From Selaginella moellendorffii (Eukaryota; Plantae; Lycopodiophyta): a stretch of 64,000 nucleotides of DNA. The stretch is from the NCBI RefSeq assembly GCF_000143415.4, contig NW_003314271.1, forward strand, positions 1,718,806-1,782,805. The letters are read 5' to 3'. The position numbers were made by a program, and so were the translations under genes. Below, piece after piece: positions 1 through 11,236 of the stretch (position 1 is the stretch's first letter; each line of letters begins with the position of its first letter). The notes beneath the pieces are model-generated. The model was given only the letters and a program-made list of their open reading frames with translations. It was not told where the DNA came from and did no database searches.

Positions 1-165
1 GCTTTCTCTTTCGCTGTTTGATTCCTTGCCCAGGAGATCTCGAAACAAACAAGTATAAACTAAAAACTTTCCCATGAAATTTATTTCTTCGATCCCGTGA
101 TCAACAACCAGACAACCAGACAAATATCGTCAGAGATATAAAAACATCACAGGACAGGCAGGATT

Positions 166-651
166 TTACGAGATCTTCGTCGCCGCTCTCTCGAGGCTCC
201 GGATTCCCAGCCTGAGGTAAAGCTCTTGCTGCTCCTTTGTTTTCTCACTCATGATGCTCATTCCAAAAGACCAGCGGACAATCGTTTTGCTCCCATCGCA
301 GCTCTTGGCGAGCTTGAGAGTGGCGGAGTAGTCTTGGAGGCCAAAGTTCCCTGCAATTATCTTGTAGCTCATGCTGTACCTGGCGGCGGAGAAGGCCGTG
401 AGTTCCTCCTCCACCCACCGGAACTTACCATTGCTGCTTGGAACAGACTCAGCGTAGCGGACTCCCGGTTTGATCTCGTAACACTTTCGAATCGTTGGCA
501 CCCAGGACGCGAGGTCGTAAAAATCCGACACGATCTTCCAGGCTTTGTGGAGTGGGACTGAGATCGTCGCGGCTGCCAATCCGTGAACTCTCTTGTGGTG
601 ATGCTTGCGATTCCTGGGAGAATGGCTAGCATTGCGATTCGCGAGCTCCAT
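166..651 (-). CDS. SRPBCC/polyketide cyclase-dehydrase (Bet v1 fold), lachrymatory-factor-synthase-like protein
   Basis: Intronless ORF from ATG 651 (MELANRN...). Family-typical segments AWKIVSDFYDLASWVPTI, GVRYA, WVEEEL, YSMSYKIIAGNFGLQDYSATLKL, IVRWSF. Confidence 0.85.
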   Translation of the reverse strand: MELANRNASHSPRNRKHHHKRVHGLAAATISVPLHKAWKIVSDFYDLASWVPTIRKCYEIKPGVRYAESVPSSNGKFRWVEEELTAFSAARYSMSYKIIAGNFGLQDYSATLKLAKSCDGSKTIVRWSFGMSIMSEKTKEQQELYLRLGIRSLERAATKIS

Positions 652-882
652 GCGAAGAACAAGTCTCTGGAGGAAAAAGTCCTGGAAGAACAAAATTTGG
701 AAGAAACTTGGAAGAAGTTGGGATGAACACGGAAGATCCGGCGAGCGCTTTGGCCGCCGCGACCTCTGGGGTAATTGCGCTGTCGCTATTAAAATTTGTG
801 TTCCACTGCCACTAGAATACGCACATTGTTTGGCTGGATCTTGCTTTCACACTAAGCAGTGACGCAAGAACTTCTCTATCAT

Positions 883-1130
883 CCGCGTGGCACAAGTGGA
901 TTGGTGACCACTGGCCACGTGTGTCATGCGATACACGATCTGGCCCCGCCGGACGGCCCAGATGTGTCAAAACGGCCAGCGATGCAACGAAGGTGATTGT
1001 ACCACGTGGCTGGCGTTGTGGATGGCTGGAATGTGGCCACGTTGCTAGTATCTGGTACCGTAGGATCTGGTTTAAATGCGCCGAGGTGTTTGTCTCATAA
1101 ACAGTTATCTATCCATCTGTCTCTATAAAC
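883..1130. promoter_or_regulatory. G-box/ABRE cluster in the shared promoter of the divergent SRPBCC genes
   Basis: CCGCGTGGC 883-891, GCCACGTGTGTC 914-925, CCACGTGG 1002-1009, GCCACGT 1036-1042; TATA-like CTATAAA about 1123-1129. Confidence 0.55.
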
Positions 1131-1241
1131 TCTGCGTTTCTCCGAGTTGCTGGAGTTTTCTCGCGATCAAGATCTCTGGATTTCTCTTTAGCTCGCTCGC
1201 TCGCTCGCTCGATTTCTTTTTTCTCATCCATTCTTCATACC

Positions 1242-1685
1242 ATGGACTGCCAGAGTGGAGCATATAGAACGCAAGGAATGGTGCTTGGAAGCATTGCGGC
1301 GCCGGTGGAGAGGGTGTGGCGGATCGCGGCGAACTTCTACGAGCTTGGGCGATGGGTTCCGACGGTGGAGGAGTGCCTCCGGATCGAAGAGGGCGTGAGG
1401 CTCGTGAGATCGTTTCCGCGGCCCGATGGGCAAGTGACCTGGGTCAAGGAGAGGATGGTGAGGCTGGATGATGAGAATCACTGCCTGTCCTACGAGATGG
1501 TGGAAGGAAACATGGGACTGGAGGAGTACGATGCCACGCTCGAGCTCTCGCGAGCCGGAACCACGACCACTCTGGTGCGCTGGTCGTTCCAGATGAGCTC
1601 CAGGAGCGCCAAGAACCGGCAGGAGCAAGAGGAGTTCTTGCGGTGGGGGATCAAAAGACTTGGGGAAGCTGCTGCGAGCTACTAG
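1242..1685 (+). CDS. SRPBCC/polyketide cyclase-dehydrase, lachrymatory-factor-synthase-like protein (paralog of 166-651)
   Basis: Intronless 147-aa ORF: VWRIAANFYELGRWVPTV, GVRLV, WVKERM, LSYEMVEGNMGLEEYDATLEL, LVRWSF. Colinear with the upstream paralog. Confidence 0.88.
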   Translation: MDCQSGAYRTQGMVLGSIAAPVERVWRIAANFYELGRWVPTVEECLRIEEGVRLVRSFPRPDGQVTWVKERMVRLDDENHCLSYEMVEGNMGLEEYDATLELSRAGTTTTLVRWSFQMSSRSAKNRQEQEEFLRWGIKRLGEAAASY

Positions 1686-2057
1686 CGCTAGCTTCGATAT
1701 GGAAGAAAAGTTCAAGATAGAAATCTATAAACTACTGGAAACCAGCATTGAACAAAGAGAACGTGGGAGAGGGATTTGCTTGGAGTGCCCGGGACCGAAA
1801 GCGTCAAGATTCGCCTTTTTGGAAGCATTGACAATTCTATCTAGTTGCCGAAGATGTGAATCTTAAATCAACTTTAAAAGTTTGAAAGCGTAAAACTAAA
1901 AGTTTTAAACTAACTAAAGAAACCCTAATATCTTGTTGGCTCTCAGCCGTCGATGCACCGTATCCGACGCTCCAGATTGAGTCTGTCATGTGTCTAAATC
2001 CACGGTTATAAATTCAACCCTTTTCCTATAAACTTTTTAGGTTTTAAAGTTTGTGTC

Positions 2058-3158
2058 ATGGCTCAAAAGGTGACTATGAGGTACTTGCAATCGAAGTACG
2101 CAAGAAAGGAACCAATCACTATGGTTACAGCATATGATTATCCTAGTGCAGTTCACGTAAATCAAGCAGGCATAGATATGTGTTTAGTTGGGGATTCTGC
2201 AGGTAAGGTCACAGTATTTTCTGAAGTGTACTCCTCTTTTTTTTCCATAGGAATGGTTGTCCATGGCTATGATACAACACTACCAGTAACCATGACAGAG
2301 ATGCTGTCACACTGTAAGGCTGTTAAACGAGGAGCCAACAAATCTTTCCTTGTTGGGGATCTTCCTTTTGGGAGCTACGAACAGGCACCCCAGCAGGTTT
2401 GCTTTGATTCCATGCTATATACAAAATGTTGTTTTGCCTTATGGTTTGTTTGATCTATCAGGCCGTAGAAAGCGCAGTGAGCCTTGTCAAGGAAGGAGGA
2501 ATGGATGCAATTAAGCTAGAGGGTGGTAATGCATCTCGAATCACGGCAGTGAAGGCAATTCACGATGCTGGAATTGCTGTCATAGGACACATTGGTCTCA
2601 CTCCACAGTCAATCGGTGTTCTTGGTGGCTTCCGACCACAAGGGCTGACTTCTGAAGATGCTACGAAGGTAAATGAAACCTCTTCTCAACTATATTCTGA
2701 TTGAGTTTCTGTGACTTTAGTTGCTGGAGCAAGCATTACTCTTGGAAGCTGCTGGGTGCTTCGCTATTGTTCTCGAGTGTGTACCTTCGCCCGTTGGCGC
2801 TGCGATAACTTCATCACTGAAAATACCAACAATTGGAATAGGAGCCGGACCCTTTTGCAGTGGCCAGGTAAACTTATGGTTTATTTACAAGTCTTATATT
2901 AAAAGCATACAATACCAGGTCCTAGTTTATCACGATCTTCTAGGAATGATGCATCCTCAGCACACAAAGGTAAAACAAAATCTCATATTTTCTTTTGGCT
3001 TAATTGCATTCTTGTGATAGGTTGCACCCAAGTTTTGTAAACAATTTGCAAAAGTGGGAGATGTTATTCAAGAAGGCCTGGCCAAATATCGCGCAGAGGT
3101 CTCTAGCGGTGCTTTTCCTTGTCATGCATACTCTCCATACCGAATCAATCCTGGCTAA
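2058..3158 (+). CDS. panB: Ketopantoate hydroxymethyltransferase (KPHMT), multi-exon; homology continues past the TAA to 3257
   Basis: Motifs [64 protein letters not shown] joined by GT-AG introns of about 50-65 nt. Possible extra 5' exon from ATG 1953. Confidence 0.93.
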
Positions 3159-3723
3159 ACAGACTTGTTCCTGAAGGGGCTTGAAAGTAAGGGTTCTCTT
3201 GATGCAGCACAAGCTGCTGCTAGCGCTAGAGGATGGGAAGAAACTGGTGAAAGATGATGTTACAACAGCGATTTATAAGGAAAAAGAAATTATTTAGTGA
3301 TATTACGTAGTCACAACAGCAGTCCCGAGTGCCTTCTCAAGATAGTTTTTATTGTTTTCGCCTTTCAAACAAACCTTGGCTATGAGAGGTGCAAATTAAA
3401 AGAATTTGAGAATGCTGCTGTGTAGTTTTCTCTATCACAACCAATAGCTAGAAAAACCATTGACGATTTGGAAACATCAGGGCTTGCCAACGCAATAATG
3501 ATATTTGCATTTGCTGATCCAACCATGAGAACTTATTCATAATTCATTCATGGGATGTTAGCAGGACAATAAAAAATCATATTACTTGGGGTTAGAGTTT
3601 TCCTTAGCATTTTCAAATTGGCGCCAAATGCTTTTCAAAACTAACGGAATCTGCCTACGCCCTAACAGAATGTGCTTCCTTAAAAAAGGAGGCGACGGAA
3701 TATTTGTTTCTTGGCCTTCTGCC

Positions 3724-6101
3724 ATGGGCGGGGACGAGAGCTGTGACGACGACTTCCAGCCAACCCTGATTCTTGGCAACGACACCCAGCAGGACGCGCA
3801 CGGCGATGGCGGCGGCGGCGGCAGCGGCGATTGCGTTGCCGATGCCCGGGGCGATGGCGTCGAGAAGGCGCTGTCCGATGGCACCACTGTGGATGACGAA
3901 GAAGCCGGAGCTGGAGGCGTCCAGGACACGGCCTCGTCCAAGATTCAGGAGCGCGACGATGAAGGTATGGCTGTGCTTCTCGCGGCATGCGATTGAGAGA
4001 GATTCTTGGTTTCTTGGCAGTCCAACCGACCCTGATTCTTGGGACGCAGCTGCTGGAGAGTCCCCAGTACGAGAGCACCCAGATTTTTGGCCTGGAGCAC
4101 GCAGGGCTGGAAAATCCGGTGGAAGAGAAAAAAGCAAAGAGCTTGGCGTCGATACGTGTGCAGTCGCTGCGTGGATCAGCCATGGCGGCTTACGAGAGGT
4201 TGGTATCCAAGCTAGAGCCAGAGAAGGACCCACAGGGAAAAGTTGAAGTGGACGATTCGGCCAAGTTTGTCTTGCAATGGGGTATGAAGCAGGCCAAGAC
4301 TTCCACGATTGCTTTCGACGTCTTCAAGCCAGCGCCATCGCTTGTGGAAGAGAATCTGGTGACTTCGAACGGTGGAGCCAGTTGCTCAGCGTCAACTCCC
4401 GTCTCTCAAACTCTCAAGAACATCAGCCTTGTCCCGGCATTGTGCTCGAACAACAAGAAGTCGACAGAGAACCGGGACAAAAAGTCGGACTCGGCTAGTC
4501 CTCGGCAGCAGGAGAATTCTCTGGACAAAATTCGAAAGGTCTTATTCGATGGGAAGAGTGTTCCAGGCGAAGATTGCTGTCACCCTGTGCAACCTCTGAG
4601 TGCGATCGTAGCTCCCGTGAGGGAGCTCAGCTATCTTAATTCTCAGGATCCGGGAGAGGAGTCGCAGGCCATTGCTCTTGAGGCGCTGGAACGGTTGGTT
4701 TCCACAAACGGCGATTTCTCTCAAGAGGCTCAACTCGGTGACTTTGACGTGGAAAACAAGAAGATGAACGTGCTCGCCTCTCGCATCGTACAGCTCCAGC
4801 GGGACGACCCTTCTTCAGTATATGATTTCGTAACGAGCCAGGAGGATCCGCTCATGAAAGCCGGGGGAGTGCCAGCAGCAGAAGGTGACCAGCCAGCGCA
4901 GGTTTTGGATGAAGAAAAAGTCTCTGAGGCGCTTGAAGAACAGGGTAAAACGCCTCTTTCGGTGGCGATGGGAAGTAAGCCGAGCACGAACAAACGGAAA
5001 ACCGCGCCTCCACGTAGTACCGCTAGAGGTAAAAGGCGTAGAAAGGCTTCCCCAAGGCGCGCTGATCAGGTAGTTTTTAGAGCACCGCAAGTAGATCCAC
5101 AGACTCCTAAAAGCACGAGTAACGATGCCGTTTCTGCTGAAGCTGTAACGAAGGGCAGCAAGTCGACGGCTAGGAAGCGAAAGAGTGAGGCGGAGAAGCT
5201 GATCATAGCCGACGACACACCGAGAAGGAGCAGACGACGGCCAGTTAAAGTTCTGTTTAGTCACTCCCTCGGCAAGGATACGATCGAGGAGCAGAAGAAA
5301 GTAAGCATGTTTGTAGCTGGTCCTGTCAAGTTTTTGTAACCGGTTACGTTCTGCTAGGTGCTGAAGAAGCTCAAGTTCCAGGTCGTGGAAAAAGCTGCGG
5401 AATGCACACACTTCATCACGGACAGGTTCTTGAGAACAGCCAATATGCTGGAAGTCCTGGCTGCGGGAAAGCCCGTTGTGGATTTGGCGTGGCTAGAGAG
5501 CTGCAGCGTGGCAGGGTGCGCGGTGGACGAGAAGAAATTCATCGTGGATGACTCTAAAAAGGAGAAGGAGCTCGGGTTTTCTATGCATTCAACGTATATT
5601 TCTGCTCAGCAAAGGCTACTGTTGGAGGTATAGTCACACGTCTTTTTCTCTCAGAACCGATGAAGCTTGACAAAATCAACAGGGAATCCCAATGCACATA
5701 ACTCCAAATACGAAGCCACTGGACATGGTGGAGTCCGTTGTAAAAGCTGCGGGAGGAAAGGTGTGTGTATGTGTGTGAATTGGAAGTATTGACTGCTGTT
5801 ACGCAGATTGTCAAGAAGAACGAAGCCACTGGGGGTTGTCTAGTGATCTCTTGCGAGGAGGATCGAAAGCATTGCTTACCACTTATCAAGAAGGGTACGA
5901 TTATATAGTAAGATTTGTTTTGAGAGTGTAGTTATACCTGGTGGTACTTCAGGGATTAAGATTTATTCGACGGAGTTCCTGTTCAGCGGCGTGGTGAGCT
6001 ATCACCTCGATTACTCGAAGTGAGTTTGGCACACTTCTTTTCTAGAGCCTTCTAACCGCGTGGGTGACTGCCTTGGCAGAAACCTCTTGTTTGCTGCTTA
6101 G
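3724..6101 (+). CDS. Tandem-BRCT DNA-damage protein (MDC1/PTIP-like, plant BCP-type)
   Basis: Seven exons (3724-3964, 4021-5300, 5358-5627, 5683-5760, then three more ending TAG 6099-6101). Long disordered N-terminus; C-terminal BRCT pair VKVLFSHSL...CTHFITDRFLRTANMLEVLAAGKPVVDLAWLESC...IYSTEFLFSGVV. Confidence 0.8.
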
Positions 6102-6273
6102 CACGTCCTTGGAAGTGTACAGACGCGGTGCGAAGTTTTGGAATGAGTTTGAAGTTTTCTCAAAATGTCTAGGGGAGCATTTGTTCATTCACGGCAACGA
6201 TTGCTAGAGCTACGAGAACTGGAACGTTATCTGCAAAACGTTGATACTCCAAAGCTAAAGCTGGAGAAAATCA

Positions 6274-7074
6274 CTAGGGGCATATAAGGAACTCTTCACT
6301 TGGTGCCACTCGATTGCATATCCTGCAGGTTTTCATCGCCTTTGTCCTTCGGTTGTGCTCCTTTTTGCCATGCACCCGGACCACGCAACCAGACGACTCA
6401 AACACCTGCAACTGCAAAAAAAATAAAATAACAAGTAAGCAAACATTGCCGAGAGTTTTTTCTTTTTTTTTTTCACCTGCTTCATGAATCCACTGTTTGG
6501 CTTCACAGTCGGGCTGCACTTCCTGAGCGACGCCAACGCCTCTACAAACAGCATAGATCTCAAAACTGAAGTATGGGCTCACGAGAGCTCAAAACTAACC
6601 ACTGGCCGAGAGCTTCTCTTTCCACATAAGGTACGCAATCACCACGGACGCACTGCAAGAGCCGAAAGCACAAAAGTTATAAAAACTGAGAGGGAGAGAG
6701 AGAGAAGTTTGGAGTTACCTGCGGGAGATGCCACCACCACAGTGTACCAGCACTATGCCCTTGTTCACACCCTCGTCGATGAACTTGAGCGCGTCCTCGA
6801 GGTGTTCCAGCAGGTTTTCGTCGTGGCTATCCTCCACTGGGATCACTTTCCTGACGATAGCTCCATCAAAATCGGCGCACTTGGTGTCAAGCTCAGCGGC
6901 GATCTTGTAGACGATGGCGTTATCCCTTGGAGGCCCCAGGGGCGTCGAGAATTCGTGGCCTGGGCATAGGGGCACCACCGAAAGGATGTGAGTGACGCCC
7001 CTGTGCTTACCAGTAAGGAAGTAGAATGCGTCGAACTGGTTGCCAATGTAGAGACCCGGTCGTACCTTCTTCAT
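6274..7074 (-). CDS. Dual-specificity protein phosphatase, DUSP12/YVH1-like, short C-terminus
   Basis: Four exons: GLYIG, VTHILSV, PVEDSHDENLLEHL, VLVHCGGGISR|SASVVIAYLM, PNSGFMKQ|LQVFE; catalytic HCX5R motif intact. Confidence 0.85.
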
Positions 7075-8047
7075 CGGCTGCCAAGAACCCTAAAACTCTT
7101 TTCACCTTTACTCAAAATAGGGTTAACTTGGAAAAGTTTTTCTCCATAACAGTCCAATTTCTTCTCCCAGCTAGCTACGGGAAAAAGATTTGACCACGAT
7201 TTAATCAGTGATGATCCATTTGGTGCCAAAAATCAAGCCTTGCAAGCCCCGCATGAATTTCTACGTTCCAGGACTGGCGTACATTTCCTCTTTAGAGAGG
7301 AGCAACGATACCATTTTGTGTGCGCTATTCTAAACAACGGAGATTGGAAGATTTAGAACCAGAAGAGCGAATTACTCAAAGGTATAAAGCATTTGACATG
7401 TAGCTCTAAAACACCCGATCGTTAAAACCCAAAGGCCTTCTGGGTGGCCTCTATGACTGAATTGGCTAGACGCTGGTTTTCTCGCCCAGCAAGAAGAAAC
7501 CCGGACTTGAAACCCTCCCATAAAGTCCCTCCGAGCGGCAAAACCCATTTTCTGATTGGTGATCGCATTTACCATGGCAAGATTGCTGCCATCGTGAGGA
7601 GCAACGAGATCCAAATCGATCACTCGCAACCCCTGGCTTGTCACAAAAAACTCAGTCTTTACCGTTCAGGCCCAGGCTGAGCAGCAAGACGCCGTAGAAG
7701 CCGATCTCGGTACAGATCGCGTGCATGTTGTGCCCCTGGCCTTCGAGTCGACGGAATCCCTTGTCCGTCATGCGCACTTTGATGAGGCAAGGAGACGGCT
7801 TGGGCGGGTGGAGAAGCTCGATCACGAACGCCGGTTTGGCAGCCAGCTAACAATAACACCACCCAGAAATACAATGTTAATGCAATTATGCTGTGGGAGA
7901 GAGGCCACTACTTTCCAAAGATCATCGTTGTCTGGTATGTAGCGTAAACAAACAACGATTTAAAAAAAAGAGCATAAAAGATTGAATATTCTCAAAGCCC
8001 TTTGGAAACATCTATATATAGACATTAGTGAGCTAGGTATCTTTAGG

Positions 8048-9156
8048 ATGGATATGTTTGGGGATGTACTGAAGCAGATAGTTTCAAAGCTTTCGGGTAA
8101 AGATTTGATTGCAGCTAATCTGGTTTCAAAAGAATGGGCTGCATGTGTACGTGTAATTCTAAGAGAAAGGCATGAATCTCTTAAAAAAGGGTTGTGCCAG
8201 ATCCAAGGGAGCCTCACATACTCTGAAATGTATTATGATCTCCGCATCTCAAAGCCAGAACTCAAAAATTCCATTCATCTTTGTCTTGTTACATCAGATC
8301 ATGGGAATTTATCTCAAAAGAATATATCACTAGAGTTTGTGGTGGATTTTGCATCAAGACAAAGCGCTGACCCAGAACATCAAACTTCCATCATACTTAA
8401 GCAGAATCGTTTTACTTTTGAAAACTGTGCTGCATACGATCACGATATTAATCTGGGTTGCTTCATATTTGCAAGATGGGAAGGATCCGAGGCAGAGTGG
8501 ATGGTAGTCTTATGTGATCCCATAGTAGAGCACATAAAGGCCTTGCCAACTTTTGAAACTTGGAAGCAATGTCCGGGAGGGATCTCCATACTGATTGATA
8601 GGGATGACTTACGGCATTACAGAATTGTTGTACCAATGATTTCAACAGCTGGGTTTTGTATATGTAATTCCGTTTTTGTGTTTGACTTACAAATGGGAGG
8701 AGGTTGATTTTGCTGAAAATTATTACATTAACAGTTCAATTTCCCATGGAGGGGAATGCTATGCATTGAAGTCTGGATCAGGAGTGGTCATGTATAAAGA
8801 TGATGGACGTTTCAAGGGTCTGCAATGAAATTATCCATTGTGCACCAGAACATGTTAAGCTTGAGAGCTGGCATGATGGCTTTGTAGTTGCTAGGTATGA
8901 TCCTGGGCTTCTCAGGCTTTACAAAGTGATGGGGGATGGAGAGGAAGAGATTGCATGCATGGGAGGAATAGATGATATTACTAACTCTAGTAAATTGAAG
9001 TACTCTATTAAAGCCTGGGATGACAAACTATACATAGGATTGTTAAAGCCAATGAGGTGGTATAAACTCATGGAATGGATTAACAGGCAGTGGAAGCAAA
9101 TTTGGTTTGAAGATTTGAGCTCAAATAAAACATTTATGAATATACAACTTGTTTAA
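8048..9156 (+). pseudogene. F-box protein, frameshifted (probable pseudogene)
   Basis: N-terminal F-box motif DVLKQIVSKLSGKDLIAANLVSKEW. Protein-like reading continues only by frame changes near 8690 (VFDL/KWEEVDF) and about 8820; no splice signals that would rescue the frame. Confidence 0.6.
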
Positions 9157-9325
9157 AGGAGGTGTTAAAGAATAGAATAGAATACTGTAATTGCATAACT
9201 ACATATACCACAGATAGAGAGAGAGAGGATTAATTTTAAACACTTTGAATACAATGTGCTATGGGAATTAATTTAGTAGCCAATCTAGATATGAGTTTAT
9301 ACTAATTTTAGATACTTATTTATAT

Positions 9326-9608
9326 GCTTTATTTCGTTAAAGTGGAACTTTTCATTATCCCACTTATGGTGTGTGGCCACATGCCATTTTTATAACAACA
9401 ATAAAAAATTGAATTTTTAGCTTTATAATTTATAAATTAAAAACTTTTCATATGATTTTGTGTTATAATATTGTGAAATATAAAAAAAAAATTAAAAAAC
9501 TGATAGAAATATTAATAAATATTAATTAAGTACTAGGAAATGGCATGTGGACACATGCTAATTAATGTCCCACTTTACTGAATAAATTCCACTTTAACGA
9601 AATAAAGC
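9326..9608. mobile_element. MITE with terminal inverted repeats and probable 8-bp TSD
   Basis: Perfect 24-bp inverted repeat ATGCTTTATTTCGTTAAAGTGGAA (9324-9347 / 9587-9610); inner inverted repeat CCACATGCCATTT; flanks ATTTATAT / ATTTATGT. Confidence 0.75.
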
Positions 9609-11208
9609 ATTTATGTGTATAGCAAGTTTTGATAAGTAGAGGTTTAAAGTTCAATTCCTATTGTAGCCAGTAATAATGAATATACTCCTTAATAAATATA
9701 GAGAGATGACAAATATATAACATCATCCCACCTACTATCAAACATTTGCAACTTACTTAAAAGTATAAGCAAGATGAGAAGCAAGTTCTCAAGTATAATC
9801 AAGCCAGTTAATTAAATAATGGTTAATGTTAGTACTAATACTTTGAGTTAAGGATGACAACAACCTCAAATTCCTACTTGCCATGAATAACCTTTGGAGA
9901 AATTGGTGGTGGAATATGAGTAGGATTAAAAAGGGTGTAATAAAGTTTCAATAAAGAAATAAAAAACACTAGATACAAACCTATAAATGTTGGAAGATCA
10001 AGTTGATAAACAACCCCTATTGTCACTAGTTGGTGAAGTCTAAGATGTTTTGTCCAAATTAAATGATAAAGTGAATGAGATTAAATATTTTCCTCAATAT
10101 CTTCTAATAAATTAAATAATAAGCATAAGAACTTAAGAAATCAAAAGCTCAAAAATTTAATAGCCAAGTATTATTAAATAATGATCACAAGTCTCACATT
10201 AACTTAACTTTAATGATAAAATAAATTGATGGTATAACCTATAAGCCAAAATTTTAAATGAAATGTATATCTAGATCAACCTAAAAGCAATAAATAATCA
10301 TCATATCAATAATTTCTAAATCCATCTATATCTGTTTCACAACAAAAATTAGTCAGTTCAAGAAGGATTGGCATACTTGCTTGCTACAAAGGCTTGTAGC
10401 TAGTGTTCATGCAAGGACTCAAAGCTTGGAATGTAAAATATATGTACCAATTATAGACATAGCAACTAATTATGAGCCACTAGTGCACTAATACAACCTT
10501 TTATTTCAAGCTAAACTTTACATTAAAAGAAAGCATTGATCTATGTAAGGAATAATGCAAACTTCTAAATCTTATAATGGTACCTCAGCAAAATAACACT
10601 TTAATGCCAATTCTTGGTTCTCCTTTCTCCTTAATTCAACCCAGTACTTAAGTTTAACAAAAATGATCTAGAAAAGGGAAAGAAAAAATCCTACTCAAGG
10701 AAGATCTTATCTTCTAAGATCAAAGCACCTAAATGACAAGAAAAGAATAAAAATCAAAACCCTAGAACTCAATTGTTTTTGAAACTTAAAGTTTTGGCAT
10801 TGTTAGGAAATGAGGGAAGAAAAAAAGGTAAAGGCATATCAAAATTAAAGGCAACTTTTATTGTTCTTAATTGAGAAGTGTTTGAATTTGAGTTTTTTGT
10901 TATTTTTTGACGTGTGTTTTATATTATCTTTATCTCTTTTGATTTTTATAGCTTTTTTATTTCTTTTTTCTTTTTTTCATTCATCTTCATGATATTCTTT
11001 TATTACAATAGCCTCCTTCTCCTTTAACTCTGATGCAGTTGTTTGATACTATATAGCTGGAGTTGAATAATTATATTTAGTTGATAGTGGCATTGATGGT
11101 GTGTAATAAACTCTTCTTACTCATATTATGAATCCTTGTGTCCAACAAAACATTTTATAAAAGTCCTAAAGATGATGTTATTATTGATTAGATCACTTTA
11201 TAGCGGGC

Positions 11209-11236
11209 TGTGTGTGTGTGTGTGTGTATGTGTGTG
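11209..11236. repeat. (TG)n microsatellite
   Basis: Near-perfect TG dinucleotide run with one interruption. Confidence 0.85.

Noticed and set aside
166-1685. PYR/PYL ABA receptor call for the SRPBCC pair
   Set aside because: Gate (SGLPA) and latch (HRL) motifs are absent.
7372-7942. Protein-like minus-strand stretches (AAKPAFVIELLHPPK...; GLRVIDLDLVAPHDGSNL...)
   Set aside because: No recognisable family and no consistent splice path (the apparent intron would be about 27 nt); may be a gene remnant but cannot be supported.
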